Source: Lama glama (taxonomy: Eukaryota). Taken from it: a DNA stretch of 64,000 nucleotides. The position numbers were made by a program, and so were the translations under genes. Shown piece by piece: positions 25,401 through 39,795 of this stretch. The stretch covers positions 33,668,001 to 33,732,000 of the forward strand of contig CM052817.1 in assembly GCA_028534125.1 (NCBI GenBank), given 5' to 3'. A model generated the notes under the pieces. That model saw only the letters and a list, made by a program, of their open reading frames with translations, searched no databases and was not told the origin of the DNA. Numbering within the stretch: position 1 is the stretch's first letter; each line of letters starts with the position of its first letter.

Positions 25401-26790
25401 ACAACTTTGGCTTAGGAAACTACTAGGCTACTATTAATCTACTGGATCCTCTCCAACCAAAAAACCAAAACCAATCAAACAAACCAACAAACCAAAAAAA
25501 GCGGGGTGGGCAAACAAGGGCTAAACCCAGGCATACATTGAATTTCTCCTTTTTTTGATTTTGTTTTTTACACAGTTTACTTAGGAAGCATGTACACACA
25601 TCTTAGTTTCCAAAGTCAGTAATGGAACAAATTAAGTCCTACAAACTCATTCCGTAGCACGAGTTAGAGTTTTGAGCCACTCAGGAGCCTGGTACAGCCC
25701 AGGCCAAGAGGCTCAGTGGAGCCTCTTCAATTGAAACTTGCGTGCTCAGTGGCCCCTACACCTGCAAGCTCGTTCTCGACTTGGGGAAGATCATTTTTTC
25801 AATGACTTCACATGGGAAGTGAAGGGGGAGATGATAAAATGTGTGGGGTGTGCATGCAAAGACAAGGAGAAAGAAAAGGGGCCTTTTCAGAGGGTGGACC
25901 AGAAGAGACTCTTCAGTGGTTTTACTGCAGGGCAGTAGGATCTCTCCTTTAATTTTTCCCTTCCTTAATTTCCATTATTCTTCCTTCCGCATGCACTGCT
26001 TTTCCCTGTTTGTGTCTGAGGGACATTCACTGTCCATCTCTCTGTTTCTCTTCCATCCCCCAGAATTTGTTGCAGGACATCAGAGCAGAGAATTTGGTTT
26101 CTGCAGGTACTGTGTGTTACCTGTGTGAAAACGAGTCACCCAGCGAATTTTATCCTCTGGTTTGCTGCCTCCCCAAAACACAGGAATTTAGTCACAATTT
26201 TCTCTCTCATTTCCTCTCCCTTCACTTCCTTTAGTGTTCCTCCTTCCACGCCTGTGCCCTGGGCTTTCTGTACCTTGTCGAGCCAGACCGTGAGTGCAGC
26301 AGGTCCTAGGAGAACTTGTGCTGGGAGCCCAGGCCTGAGTCTGGTACAGGCCTGTGTATCACATAGTGGTATCCTCTAAGAGACACTGCCTAGTGTGACT
26401 TTCACAACCTCTAGACCAGAATGGCTCTTAAATATTAAGATATTTGTTGGCAGCCTGAGCATCTTTCCCAAAGGTGGTAGAGGATTTGACCTTCATGTAC
26501 TTTCTGTAGTGAAACACGAAGCAAATGACAACCCATTTTGAGTGAAAGCAACTTGAATTTGGAAGTTGAGTAAATATGTAGGTTTATTTGTTTTTTGCAT
26601 TTTTAATTTAAATGGTTTAAAAAGAACAGTTCTTCTGCGCTTTTGGACACACTCCAAGACAATAAAGCGAGACTTTGCGGAATTTGAAAGCTGCATGCAA
26701 TCAAAAGGGTTTTGCCTTCAGACGGCTCCTGTCATGATCCTGGGGCTGCACCAGGCTATCCCATTCCTGCTTCTTAGGCATTTGACTGTT

Positions 26791-26874
26791 TTAACTAGGA
26801 ATCTTTTTTTTTTTCTTTAGTTGGAGTATAGTTGGTTTACAATGTTGTGTTAGTTTCTGTTAACCAGGAATCTT
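26791..26874 (-). mobile_element. ~55-bp L1 3' stub with 15-bp TSD
   Basis: TTAACTAGGAATCTT (26791-26805) and TTAACCAGGAATCTT (26860-26874) flank poly-T plus GTATAGTTGGTTTACAATGTTGTGTTAGTTTCTG. Confidence 0.8.
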
Positions 26875-26896
26875 AAGCCAGGATGTGTGTGTGGGG

Positions 26897-26986
26897 TTTT
26901 TTTTTTTTCAGTGGAGGTACTGGGGATTGAACTCAGGACCTTGTGCGTGCTAAGCATGCACTCTACCACTGAGCTGTACCCTCTTT
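26897..26986 (-). mobile_element. tRNA-Ala(AGC)-derived SINE (vic-1-like)
   Basis: Reverse complement AGAGGGTACAGCTCAGTGGTAGAGTGCATGCTTAGCACGCACAAGGTCCTGAGTTCAATCCCCAGTACCTCCA plus A tail; A and B boxes present. Confidence 0.85.
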
Positions 26987-27129
26987 GCCAAACCAGAATA
27001 TTTTTGACTAAAATAATTCTGTTAACATTTCTACATAGCGCAAAGCTCAAAAAGAACTAGGCTCAGGGTTCGTTTCATTGGCTAATCCTGTTTCTGTTTG
27101 ACTTTTGACTTTTTCAGTTTTCCAGAACT

Positions 27130-27178
27130 ATGGGGACTTCCCATCAGGCACTTCTGGTCTTAGGCTGTCTCCTCACAG
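27130..27178 (+). CDS. PDGFRA: PDGFRA exon 2 coding part (exon 27118-27178), start codon and signal peptide MGTSHQALLVLGCLLT(G)
   Basis: Acceptor ttttcag| at 27117, ATG at 27130, donor CAG|gtatgg; 49 coding nt, too short for the ORF track. Confidence 0.96.
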
Positions 27179-28692
27179 GTATGGATCCCAGTCCTCTCTG
27201 AGTTCCTTGTCCTGGGGAAGGTCTTGATCTCTAAGTTCTGTGTTTGGGTGGGAGTGGGGGCGGTGGGGAGGGGTAGCTTACCTGTACTCTGCAAATGGTC
27301 CAGAAGAGGGAAGAGAGGTAGAAACTACAGGTTGTGATCTAGAAAGACCTTCAGTCCCCTTTGCTGTACTGCACTCATTCCAATTCAAAAAGAATGCTCT
27401 CCAGTGGCAATTTTCGTATATGTATAATCACGGCATTGAAATATTGTGAGGAATAATGGTCTAAATTTGCCTACCACCCTCTTCCAGGACATGGATTTCC
27501 AGTAGAGATGGATCTGAGAAATTCAGGAATGTTCAAAGGAAACAAATACTAGAAAGTTCTCATCCAGGAAATCATACCTGCCTTAAGTTATACCTGTCTT
27601 AAGTGGAAGATGCTTTAATTGCTGCAAAATCTCAGAGCCACTTTTTCTCTTGAATTGAATTGAATGATTATTTGACCCTTGGGGAATCTTACTAACTCTT
27701 TTCCACCAGGAGATCGCCATTGGGGCCATCTGTTGAAATATTTATTGTACTTTCTTAGTTTTCATCCAGATATTTATGAATTACAGATGTTCACCATGAC
27801 ACCAATGTTCTTCTAGCTCAAGGAGTCAACTTAAGCCCATTAGCATCTTCAGGTCTTATCTAGATGGAGACGGTGGAGTCGAGCAAGATCACTGATATAA
27901 TAATTCTGAACTCCACTCAGTACACTCCATCTACAGGACCAGATGCACTTACAACTTCTGTCTTAACAAGCTGCACAGATCATAGGACACACTGAAGTTG
28001 GGTGGGATTCCCACATCAGGCTCCGGGGGAGATTAGAGAACATTTATTGTGAGTAAATTAAGTCACAGTATCTCTTCCATCAGTTTTATCTACCGGGGAA
28101 GCTGGACTGACGTTTTAGGTTCCAAGATGAGCTTAGAGTTTTCACTCTTGGGCTTGACTCATTCTTTTTTGAATTGGAATCCACATCATCCAGCTCTGGT
28201 TTCTGGAAGTCATTAGAGAGAAGGCATGCCAGAGTGTTGTGAGAAATGGAAGATGCAGAATTCTTGAGCACAAATCCGCCTTGTGCTTTGTTCAGCCAGT
28301 CTCCCGGCCCCTGTTCTCATCCTGTTTCTCTGCAGGGAACGTGGACAATAAAGAACCCATATTTGCTAGAGCCTGTGCCATCTTGGGATATTTTAGGGTC
28401 GCACGTAAGAGTGTGAAATACGGAATTGGAGTCAGATGTCCTCTATCCATTTGAGTGTTTGGAGGGGTGAATCCGGGGCAGGGGGCGGGAGTGGGGTGGT
28501 CAGTGGGGCTGTTGAGGCTGTTGGAGCATTTGCAGCACTCAGCAGATGCAGTGGCTGTTATAATGGGGGGCCTTTCATGGGCATCCCGGCTAACGGATTT
28601 TTGCGTAGAAAAGGTCATTGTTCATAGAAACTGCTCCGGGTGAGATCGTCCTTTTGGGCTGCGTCCTATTCAGAGCATGTTTCCTTTTCCAG

Positions 28693-29010
28693 GGCCCAGC
28701 CTAATACTCTGCCAGCTTTCATTACCCTCCATCCTTCCAAATGATAACGAAAAGGTTGTGCAGCTGAATTCATCCTTTTCTCTGAGATGCTTTGGGGAGA
28801 GTGAAGTGAGCTGGCAGTACCCCATGTCTGAAGAAGAGAACCCCAATGTGGAAATCAGAAACGAGGAGAACAACAGTGGTCTTTTTGTGAAGGTGCTGGA
28901 GGTGGTCAGTGCCTCGGCGGCCCACACGGGTTTGTACACCTGCTATTACAATCACACGCAGATGGAGGAGAGCGAGATCGAAGGCAGACGCATCTACATC
29001 TACGTGCCGG
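28693..29010 (+). CDS. PDGFRA: PDGFRA exon 3 (Ig-like D1)
   Basis: [17 protein letters not shown]...[10 protein letters not shown]...IYIYVP; ccag|...|gtgagc; 318 nt. Confidence 0.97.
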
Positions 29011-29457
29011 GTGAGCCGCCTGCGTCCCTGGGCCATGCTTGCTGTGGGCCCGCCCCACCAGTTAACTGTATGAAAATTTTTTATAAGTATAAAAATAATA
29101 AGTATTCATTGGAGGAAATTTGAAAACTGCAGGCAGACATACAGACTAAAATCAAGATCACTCATAACATCATAATCCCGAAATACTTATTGTTAACATT
29201 TTGGAACTGTATTAAGTTTTGAACGTCATTTTTATTGTGGCATCTCTTATTGGCATGGTGCAAAAAAATCTGAAATATACTCATTTCTATGCAGTTCAAT
29301 CAAATGCAACAAATATTAACTGTATTTACTGAGTGTTAGAAACTGTACTGTCAGAGACACAAAAATTAATTCTGTAGGCTTTGTCTTGGAGTTGCTCATA
29401 GTTCATAAAATAGCTCCCAAATAACCATGCTGTTTTTCATATTCAATGAAACATATA

Positions 29458-29950
29458 CAGGCATACTTTGGAGATAGCGTGCATTCGGTTCCAGACCACC
29501 GCAATAAAACAAGTCTCACGATAGAGTGAGTCCCACAATTTTTTTAGTTTTCCAGTGCATATAAAAGTTATGTTTACATTATACCATAGCCTGTAACTGT
29601 GGAACAGCATTGTGTCTACAGAAAGTGCATGCTTTAATTTAAAAATATTCTATTGCTAGAAATACTAACCATCATCTGAGCCTCCAGCAAGTTGTAGTCT
29701 TTTTGCAATAGTAGCATCAAAAATCACTGATCACAGATCACCGTAACAAATATAATAATAACGAAAAAGTTTGAAATACGACAAGAATTACCAAAATGTG
29801 ACACAGAGACATCGAGTGAACAAAAGCTGTTGGAAAAATGGCACGGATAGATTTTCTCGGTGCAGCGTTGCCACAAACCTTCAGTTTGTAAAAAATGCAG
29901 TATCTGCGAAGGGCAATGAAGCAAAGTGTCAGTGGGGTGACACTTCTGGA
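29458..29950 (-). mobile_element. Internally deleted Tigger1 (TcMar) DNA transposon
   Basis: TA|CAGGCATAC...GGTTCCAGACCACCGCAATAAA terminus; other end CAGTATCTGCGAAGGGCAATGAAGC; ~490 bp. Confidence 0.8.
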
Positions 29951-30072
29951 TATATGTGTGAAGGTAAAATTCATACCTGACACGATTAATGCCAAAGGGA
30001 TAAACTTTCGGCATGTATGTATAAAGGTGGAATGGAGCCCTGATATATTTTTCTTTCTTTTTTAAACCTCAG

Positions 30073-30333
30073 ACCCAGATGTAGCCTTCGTACCTCTAGG
30101 GATGACAGATTATTTGGTCATCGTGGAGGATGATGATTCCGCCATCATCCCTTGTCGCACGACTGATCCGGAGACTCCAGTGACCTTGCTCAGCGGTGAC
30201 AACGTGGTGCACGCCTCCTATGACAGCAGACAAGGCTTTAACGGAACCTTCACCGTTGGGCCCTATATCTGTGAGGCCACCGTCAGAGGGAAGAAGTTCC
30301 ACACCATCCCATTCAATGTTTATGCTTTAAAAG
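30073..30333 (+). CDS. PDGFRA: PDGFRA exon 4 (Ig-like D2)
   Basis: [33 protein letters not shown]...FNVYALK; tcag|...|gtactt; 261 nt. Confidence 0.97.
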
Positions 30334-31149
30334 GTACTTGTACCCTCTTCTTCCCTCTTTAAATAAGGGTTACAGACAAAATAATCAGATGCATGTAGGA
30401 TTGTAGGATTTAAAAAAAAAATCCTAGTCCCCAGTGATGGAAACTCCAAATTCTGATATGGGGGCCTTGGGACCTCACCTTTACCACACAATGTTAGGCT
30501 GACCTCTGTGGCTGCAATATTACGAGGCTTAGCATTACCAAAGGAAAAAGCTTTCCTAGCCCTGTGGGATTTTGTGTTTCATCAGTTGACTTCAAAATGC
30601 TGTAAGGAATTCTTTTCTTGCCTAAGCCTCTTACTGTTTTAGTCACATTCCTGACTACAAAGGCCCTAACAACACATACACACACCTGCGGGGATTGGAC
30701 GTGTCGGTTAATTTTAGTAACTTAAGAAACATGATTTTGATTTTTTGGAAAAGCTTGTAGTTGTCGACTTCATGCTTTGATGTGAGTGGTTAATGTGAAT
30801 AGGAAAGTGTACACCATGTTTGGGTCAATAGATTTATCAAACACTTACGTGTAGGTATGGCGTTAGCAAGAGTGTGCTGCTTAACTCTTGTGAAGGTTTT
30901 ATTTTAGGCCATGCTATGTTCTCAAAGGGCTGAGAATAACTTGGGGGCAGTGTGGGAGAGAAGAGGAGAATAAATGATGGGGCAAGTCCCTAGAGGGGTA
31001 CAGGTCAGTAAAGACTGGCTGAGTAATGAGTAAATCCATCAATAAAGGTGATTGCAAAAGTCCAGTTGTAATTAACCCAAATGCTTGGGAATGAGATTGT
31101 GGTGTTCTGTCCAATTGAAATTTATTTTTACTACTGTTATTGTTTGTTT

Positions 31150-31187
31150 GTGTGTGTGCATATATGTGTGTGTGTGTGTGTGTGTGC
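31150..31187. repeat. (TG)n microsatellite, interrupted
   Basis: Direct read. Confidence 0.9.
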
Positions 31188-31386
31188 GCCATTTTTTATT
31201 ATAGCTACCTGCCAAATTATGTATGTCAACCCAAATCAAGGCTTCTGAGATTTTAAAAATTTTGTCTTGGTCAAAATGGTTTGCAAATTATTTTTCAGGG
31301 TTTTCTTAAAAAACAAAAAACCCAAACTTTGTAAGATGCCAACTATACTATGAATATTTAGGCCTTTGTATTTGTTCTTTTTTTAA

Positions 31387-31584
<198 letters not shown>

Positions 31585-32987
31585 TAGGTGGGGCACGACA
31601 CTGACCTTTTTAGACCTCAACTTCCTGTTTCTACATTGAGCACGCATGATGAGATGACTTTACGGCTCCTGGAGCAATGGGAGAGCCTGAGATGATGAGG
31701 GCTCAGCCAGGCCCTTCAGAATCCATGGAAATTTCCCACTGAGCCTCCCTTCTCATAAGTCAGAGAGGAACAGGAAGGTTCTATGGCTGCAAGATCACAG
31801 CTCTACAATTAGAAAGCAAAGAATGAATGGATTTTAAAATTTGCTAATTGCTGAGAGAGCTATGAATTCTCCTTTTCTTGGCTCCCATGCCTTTGGGTTT
31901 TGAGGCATTGGATAATGTTGATTGCCTGCCCCCTTCTGTTTCTGCTTTGTGGACACCCACGAGAATTCTGCCTCCTGCCTGCCTAGTCTTCCTTTGCATG
32001 ATTTCCCTTCAGGGAACAGGCATAACTTGAATCATTCAACAAAGATTTAGTGATGTTTGCTAAATCCCAAGTGTGCTGTGAGAAGCTGGCCCATGCACAG
32101 ACAGAGGGTGAAGGCAGGAGTGGAGATGGACATGCGGATGGGGAGCCACTGTGCTCTCTGGTCACTGGGGGTTTGCAGATAGGGTCTCATTCATTCTGAT
32201 GTATTGTGGTAGGTATGTGTGAACCGTGTGTAAAAGGCTATGATGGTGCCACGCAGATACAATGGACAGGGTTTAACGTGGTGGCTTTACGGAGCACAAA
32301 GCCCAGATATGTATATACATGGTGATTTTTCTTTCCTTCACTCCTGGTTTGCAACTTTCTGCTCCTTGCTCTTTTTTTGGCATTTGATAATCTCTCCTTT
32401 TATCCATTCCCCGCCCCCCTTGCTTTTGCTGCCCTGTTCCTTTCTGTCCGGGGCATGTGGTTGGAAGTTGGGCATTTTCACATACGGCCTTATAAACCTC
32501 ATGTACTGAAGAGACATTCATAGGCCAATATGCACACATCTTCCCTGAAATATGAAGCTATTTGATTTTTCTGTTCATGCTGGATTGTCTTTAATCCTTA
32601 AAACATAAGCATTTCATTTATTGGAGATAGACATATCCCCACCAAAAACCAAAGTACATGCTGTTTGGCCCCAGAATATATAATCAAAGTATTGGTTTAT
32701 AAATCACATTTTTGGCTTGATGTTAAAAATATTGCAGGTTTATTGTTGTAACTTCATATAATTTAGAGAAACAGGAAAAGCCACTATTTAGAACACCCTC
32801 ATTATAATTTTAGGGAGAGAAATCTTTTAAATACTCTGTATACATAGATACATGTAATAATTAATAGGTATTGTACTTTAAATAGTGCTTTGTTATATAT
32901 TTTTCTTTTGGCAGTATGGCACAAACACATTATGTTATTAAATACTCTTTTAAAACAGGATTTTCAAAGGAATAAGCTTTAAAAAGA

Positions 32988-33192
32988 TTTTTTATTAGAC
33001 TATTTTTTGGAGCAGTTCTAGGTTCATGGCAAAATTGAGCGGGAAGTACAGGGCTTTTCCGGGTAACCCCTGGGCTCACCCCTCGCCCATCACCGGCATC
33101 CCCGCAGGGCGGTACTCTTGTTACAACCCACGAACCTGCACCGCTGCATCGCGATCCGCCAGTCCGTAGCTTACGCGGGGGTTCACTCTGAG
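32988..33192 (-). mobile_element. Old L1M (MB/MC/MD-type) 3' end, unusually GC-rich
   Basis: GAGCAGTTCTAGGTTCATGGCAAAATTGAGCGGGAAGTACAG...GGGTTCACTCT; aligns with the copy at 61425-61605. Confidence 0.75.
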
Positions 33193-33199
33193 GAGCTAG

Positions 33200-33475
<276 letters not shown>

Positions 33476-33499
33476 TAATGGAAATTCTCCCCTGTACAG

Positions 33500-33689
33500 A
33501 GAAAGGGTTTATTGAAATCAAACCCAACTTCAGCCCATTGGAAGCTGTCAACCTGCATGAAGTCAAACATTTTGTGGTAGATGTGCAGGCCTACCCACCT
33601 CCCAAGATATCCTGGCTGAAGGACAACCTGACTCTGATTGAGAATCTCACGGAGATCACTACAGACATAGAAAAGATTCAGGAAATAAG
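33500..33689 (+). CDS. PDGFRA: PDGFRA exon 7 (Ig-like D4)
   Basis: [25 protein letters not shown]...EKIQEIR; acag|...|gtaaag; 190 nt; intron 6 is only 92 nt. Confidence 0.96.
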
Positions 33690-35327
33690 GTAAAGAAATA
33701 CCCTCCGCAAGTAGGCCTTTTTGTTTTACTGGGCATCCCTAGGCAGACTGAGGATTGTGGGTGTCTTACAACCCAAACCAAGAAAATCCAGCGATCGGAA
33801 ATAGGAGGTACTGGGACTCGAGGACCTTTGACGATAACATTGCAATGTGTTCATAGTATGTTGGTAAGTATTTAACAACGAAATGAGAAGAAAGAAGAAC
33901 TGAAAATCTCTGCTCCCAATGAAAGACAGGTCCCTGGATTCAGCAAGGGGTGGAGGAAAGAAAGTAAAATTGGACCCACTTGGACTGAATATATGTTCTC
34001 TGATACCCATCACCCATATTGCAAGTAGACATGTATGGTGATTCCAGTTCCAGGGCAGTTATCACACAAAGCTACATGAAACAAAGCATCATTGGCTTAA
34101 TTTGAAATGCATTTGCCCCAGTGAGGCCTCCACGGGAAATAAGAGCAATGTCTGGCTAAATCTGGTTAGGAGAAAACATGCAATGGGTAGTCTAGATCCC
34201 TGCCCTCTGATGAGACCGTAGACCACTCTCATCTCTTCACTAGTGGTGGTGTTTTGTGTAAGTCACCCTTCAGCCTCAGTTTCTTCATCTGGAATGTAGG
34301 GTTAGTTATACCTTATGTCCTTCAAGGTGAGGAACTGGTTCAGATGCTATTTTGAGGTCTCTTGCAGTTTTAAGCTCTGATTGGAATCTAAGAGTAGAAG
34401 GTACCCCTTGAATGGCCCGGCTAACCCAGCCCTGTGCCCTTGTCAGAAGCCATCCCAGGGAGAAAAAAGTCACTCCTCTATTTCAAGCCTTCAGGGAAGA
34501 AGAGACAGAACCTCTCTCATTGGTTCACTTTAACCTCAGGATTTGCTTTCTTCTTCATGAACTAAATTTCATGTGTAACTGAGAAGTGGCATCTGGGGAA
34601 ATGGAGTGTGACAACCTCTGTGGAACAGGGATGGAAAAAGTGGGATACTGACTCAGGAAGGCTTTCTGATGGCATGAAATGGGGATGCACAGAGAGGTGG
34701 GCGATGCTGAACTTTCCAGGAGACTGTGAGGCCAGAGAGGACTAGGGGGAGCCTGTCTGCCAGCTGTCCTCGGTAGCAATGGCCAGACGGTGGCCGCTAA
34801 CTGAGCGGTTCAGGAAAGCTGCCTGAGGTGCTTCGTGGGTTCCTCCAGCACATACTTTTCTGGTTCCCATGACAGCCCAGGGAACAAGGATGCACATGAT
34901 GGAGGGTATCTGGCTTACCCAGAACTGGCGGATCCACCAGTTTTCTTGAGTGAATGAGCACAGAAAATGAATGACAGAAGTCTGGTCCTCGGCAGGAGGG
35001 ATGCATAGGGGACCCTAAGGAAGTCCATTTGGGAAGTGTGTCCAGTGTGGTGCAGCAGAGGGAAAGCCAGCCCAGCACACTCTCATTGCAGGTTCCAGCG
35101 CCTGGCATCTTGGGGTGGGAGACTCTACATTTGCAGGGTATTTCTGAGCCTCTGAAATGTTTTCACGTAGATTATTTCATTGAATGAATTCTCACAATGA
35201 CACTGTGCCTTGCATAGTTATTCTATGCTGCACATAAGGAGACTGAGGCTTGGAGAATTTCAGTAATGCCCAGTATCCTCCCTCCATGACCAGTGCTCTT
35301 CCTCTCCATTCCACCTGCTGATCCAAA

Positions 35328-35435
35328 TTTTTTGTTTGTTTGTTTGTTTTGGTTAATGGAGGTATGGGGAATTGAACCCAGGACCTTGTGCATGCTAAGC
35401 ATGTGCTCTACCACTGAGCTATACCCCCACTCCCC
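35328..35435 (-). mobile_element. tRNA-Ala-derived SINE (vic-1-like)
   Basis: GGGGAATTGAACCCAGGACCTTGTGCATGCTAAGCATGTGCTCTACCACTGAGCTATACCCC with (TTTG)n tail. Confidence 0.85.
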
Positions 35436-36171
35436 ACTGTGCTTTTTTGTCTTCAAACGGGTAAATACTTTATTGATACGCGCACGCGCACACACACACA
35501 CACACTCATTCATGGCCAAATGTCATTTATAATATGTGGAAGAGATCTTTTGGGGAAACTTCCCTTTAATAAAGTATGAAGGAATATTTTTCTCTATGTT
35601 TTTTAAGAGGTGAATCCTCTGCTTTAAAAACATCCAAGCATAAAGAAGGTGCATTGTAAGAAGCCTCACTCCACTACTGTCCCCGTGTGCCTGGTCCCAC
35701 TGTTCCCCACCCACAGGGGAATACTTCTATTAGTTTTTTAACGTTCTTACGAAACTTTCTAGAGTTTCTTTAAGCAGGAATTTTATATCCCAGCGACCTC
35801 TTCCTATCAATACAGAGACTGTGGCCTCATTCTTTCTTCCAAGGATGCTCTGTTGTTTAGCTGACCACTCAAATGATGGATAGAGGAAGCAAAATTTTTT
35901 TTTTGTTTTTTTTAAGATAAAAATCAAGGGCTTAAAAAAAGTTGGTTGCATGTGTTTATTGCCATTTAAAGGTCAGGCCTTAGCAGAGCTGACTGCTCTT
36001 GTAGTCACATAAGCCACTGTTCTTCTCAGACTGTCTGGTATTCTGTTTAAGAATTAAGCATCTATGACTCAAGATCTTCCATGTGCAGAAAATGTATCAA
36101 AAATCCCAGTAACGTGGTGATAAGAACAAGGACAAAAGACATTTTTACTTTTTTATGAAAACAGAATTTAA

Positions 36172-36372
<201 letters not shown>

Positions 36373-37164
36373 TAGGAAGATGATGCCAGCTTGGCGAGGG
36401 GAGCCTGGCATCTTCTCCCAGGTCGTGGAGGGAAAAGCTGCCCTTTTAGGGGAGAAGCAGGGACCGTGGATGTCCCATGTCAGGGACAGCTCTGAACTCC
36501 AAGGCTCCAGTAGCTTCTTTGTCACCACCTGCTTCTCAGTCTGATACCTCTAGTTCTGGGAAGAGCAAAATGATGCTTTTTGGTCTACATGACCTTAGAC
36601 TGTTCTGGAGTGTTTTGGCCTTTTTGCTTAGCTTTCATTGTAGACCTCGTACAGCGGCCCTTACCAGAAAGCAGTGCCCAACTCTATTTAGATTCTGGTG
36701 CTGAGCACACCTGTTCCCTGAGTACCTGCCTTGGGCCAGGTACTGTCTTAGGTGGGCTCTTCTGCCCCTTTGTCAATCTGTGATACAAGTACCAGCATAT
36801 TTCTAACTTATTTGATCACATATTAAAAACAAAATCTTTAAAACCTGATAATATCCCACAGGTGCACTTTGGTAAACGCTGCTTTAGATTACACCGTTTA
36901 GATGAATCCATTAGATGAATCCAAACTATCATATAGTTTTAAGAGCCTCCTCGCCTTTCAAGCCAAGTAACCACAGGGCTTTTTGCTTTCTTCACTCCAG
37001 ATTTAAACACCGCAGGGCACAAATGCCAAAACACTCAAACTGACCATGCTCCTACCAAGTGGGTCTGTCCAGACGGGAGTGTTACTGTGCACACGACTGG
37101 TCCCAGCCCCCTCCCGGGTGGTCACTTGACTTGTCGGTTTGAGTGTCACATGGACAAGTTCTGA

Positions 37165-37377
<213 letters not shown>

Positions 37378-38416
37378 TAGATGTTCCTTTTTGTGGTCAG
37401 AATGTTTCTTCCTTGGCACAGAGGACTTCAAATGCATTTTATTTCTTTTGCTGCCCTCCTCCTTTTTTTTTTTTGCATATATGTTTCTTATTTGGCCTGA
37501 GTCTCATAAACTGCAAAATAGGGTTCTGAACATGGAACTTGTGTGTGTGTCTGTGCACATATGTGCACTCTGTGTTCATGAATAGCTGTAAGAAGAAGGT
37601 GTATAGTTTTCATCAGATCATCAAGAAAGGGTGAATTTAAAAAACTGTGGGAAGAGGATTGTTGCTACCCTGGCCCACATTTTCACCGCACATTTTGCAT
37701 ATGGTGAACTTTATTTGGTGGCTAGATTGGCGTTTGAATGAAATTGCTGCCCAGATGACTTCTCATTACCTGCTGTGTGGTGAGGGTTACCTGACTGGCT
37801 CCTCCTTCACCTGCCTTCCTCCACCTTCCCCCACGGGCACATGAGCTGCGTGTTCATACCTCCACCCCTGGCATGGTGACTGCGGTGCTCCGAAGCCTCG
37901 ACTGCTTCTCCTGGGGGCCAAGCCTCCTAGACCTACTCCCTCTTAGGCCTAAGGCACCGACCAGACTTGGATCTTGGCTGGAGCTGGACTCTAGTTCTCT
38001 TAACTTAGCCAGGGCATTGCTCCAACCCTAGTGACACCTGAAGGGGTCTTCACAGTGTGGGTGGAGAGAAGGCCTTTTGGAAGGTGTGGGACGTTGGGAT
38101 AGCTAAATGTTCTTGAAGACCAGCTTGTTTATGGGCTCACGGCTTGTGATGGGTAGTTGTATTTGATTGAACTTGTTTATCTCCACCTTGCCTTCATAAA
38201 CAGCTAACTTTTAATTGTCCATGTGGAGGTTATGCTTTCTTGGAGAACAGGTTTTAATGTTAATCTGCACATAAAATAAGAAAATCAGGCTGTAGCCCCT
38301 CCACCCTAATGCAGACAAGGTCATGACCACTTGCCGTCTTAGCTGATTCTAAGCTCCACTCACCCCTGTGACTCCCTGTAATTGGCTCTATATCCATGTT
38401 CTTTTTCTCTCTCCAG

Positions 38417-38610
38417 ATGTAATAATGAAACTTCATGGACGATTTTGGCTAACAATGTCTCCAACATCATCACGGAGGTCCACCCCCGAGACAGGAGCAC
38501 GGTGGAGGGCCAGGTGACATTTGCCAAAGTGGAGGAGACCATTGCAGTTCGATGCCTGGCAAAGAACCTCCTTGGGGCTGAGAGCCGAGAACTGAAGCTG
38601 GTCGCGCCCA
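38417..38610 (+). CDS. PDGFRA: PDGFRA exon 10 (Ig-like D5)
   Basis: [20 protein letters not shown]...RELKLVAP; ccag|...|gtgagt; 194 nt. Confidence 0.96.
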
Positions 38611-39256
38611 GTGAGTGCTCATGAGTCAGGACAACACTAAGTCACCAGCCACAGCCACGCCCTTCCTCCTTCTGGTGGGACTTTGAATCCCAGAGGGTCC
38701 GGTGGGAATGAAGGTCCCTTGGCAGAAATTCAGCTCTGGATGCTCTTAAAGGGCCTTCTCTGGGCATCCGTGTGGGAGCCTTGTCTTTTAGATTCAGATC
38801 CCAAACCATATCCGGTAGTGGCCCCTCAGCATTTTGCTTGTCTAATTACCCAGTCTGTTTGATCTGAGTGTGGGGACAGAGGACAAGCAAGGAGCATCTT
38901 CTCCCTTGTTGCTCCTTATAACAGTTGAGACAAATTGAATTCTTTAAAAAAAAAATCAGTGAAGCCAAAAGCAGTATGAATAAACTGCCACCTTTCAAAG
39001 TAAACTGAACTTAAGTTCCTGAACTAATGGTAGCCCTCAGTCTCATTTACCAATCTTTATATTCCAATTCATATTCTGTCCACAAGGTTAATGCTGGAGG
39101 CCCTTAGGAAAAAGTACCGTGTTCCCGATTGAATGTTGTCCCTTTCCCTTCTAAGGGAGGAGTTGGCGTAGTTTCATGCATGTAGGTAATTGAGAGCTGG
39201 TCTCGTCCATCCCTAAAATAAGCCAGGCAGCTCTCATACTTCCCCACCAGCAGTGA

Positions 39257-39469
<213 letters not shown>

Positions 39470-39662
39470 TAAAAATCTCTGAAACCAATAACAAGAAGAA
39501 AAGCATCCTAGTTCAGTGCTCGGCACAGAGGAAGAGCCCAGTAATTATATGATGAGTGCATGTTGTTGAATGCACCATGTCCAGTCATTTTGCTGCTGTG
39601 GTTAAGCGGTGGTACATTTGGATGTGGGTAATTTACCAGTTACCTGTCCCGGTCATTTATAG

Positions 39663-39795
39663 AAACCAAGGTATGAAATTCGTTGGAGGGTCATTGAATC
39701 AATCAGCCCCGATGGACATGAATATATTTATGTGGACCCAATGCAGCTGCCTTATGACTCGAGATGGGAGTTTCCAAGAGATGGACTAGTGCTTG
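39663..39795 (+). CDS. PDGFRA: PDGFRA exon 12 (juxtamembrane autoinhibitory region)
   Basis: [44 protein letters not shown]; atag|...|gtaagc; 133 nt. Confidence 0.97.

Noticed and set aside
17603..27117. Intron 1 (9.5 kb) is much shorter than I recall for human
   Set aside because: Total gene span (~43.5 kb) is similar to what I recall for mouse, so this is probably ordinary; no deletion junction is evident.
33520..33540. Possible extra N-glycosylation sequon NFS in exon 7
   Set aside because: It is followed by proline (NFSP), which usually disfavours glycosylation, and I cannot show it is lineage-specific.
36898..36923. 13-bp tandem duplication TTAGATGAATCCA (a similar 16-bp one lies near 27574-27604)
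   Set aside because: Ordinary slippage-type micro-duplications with no evidence of function.
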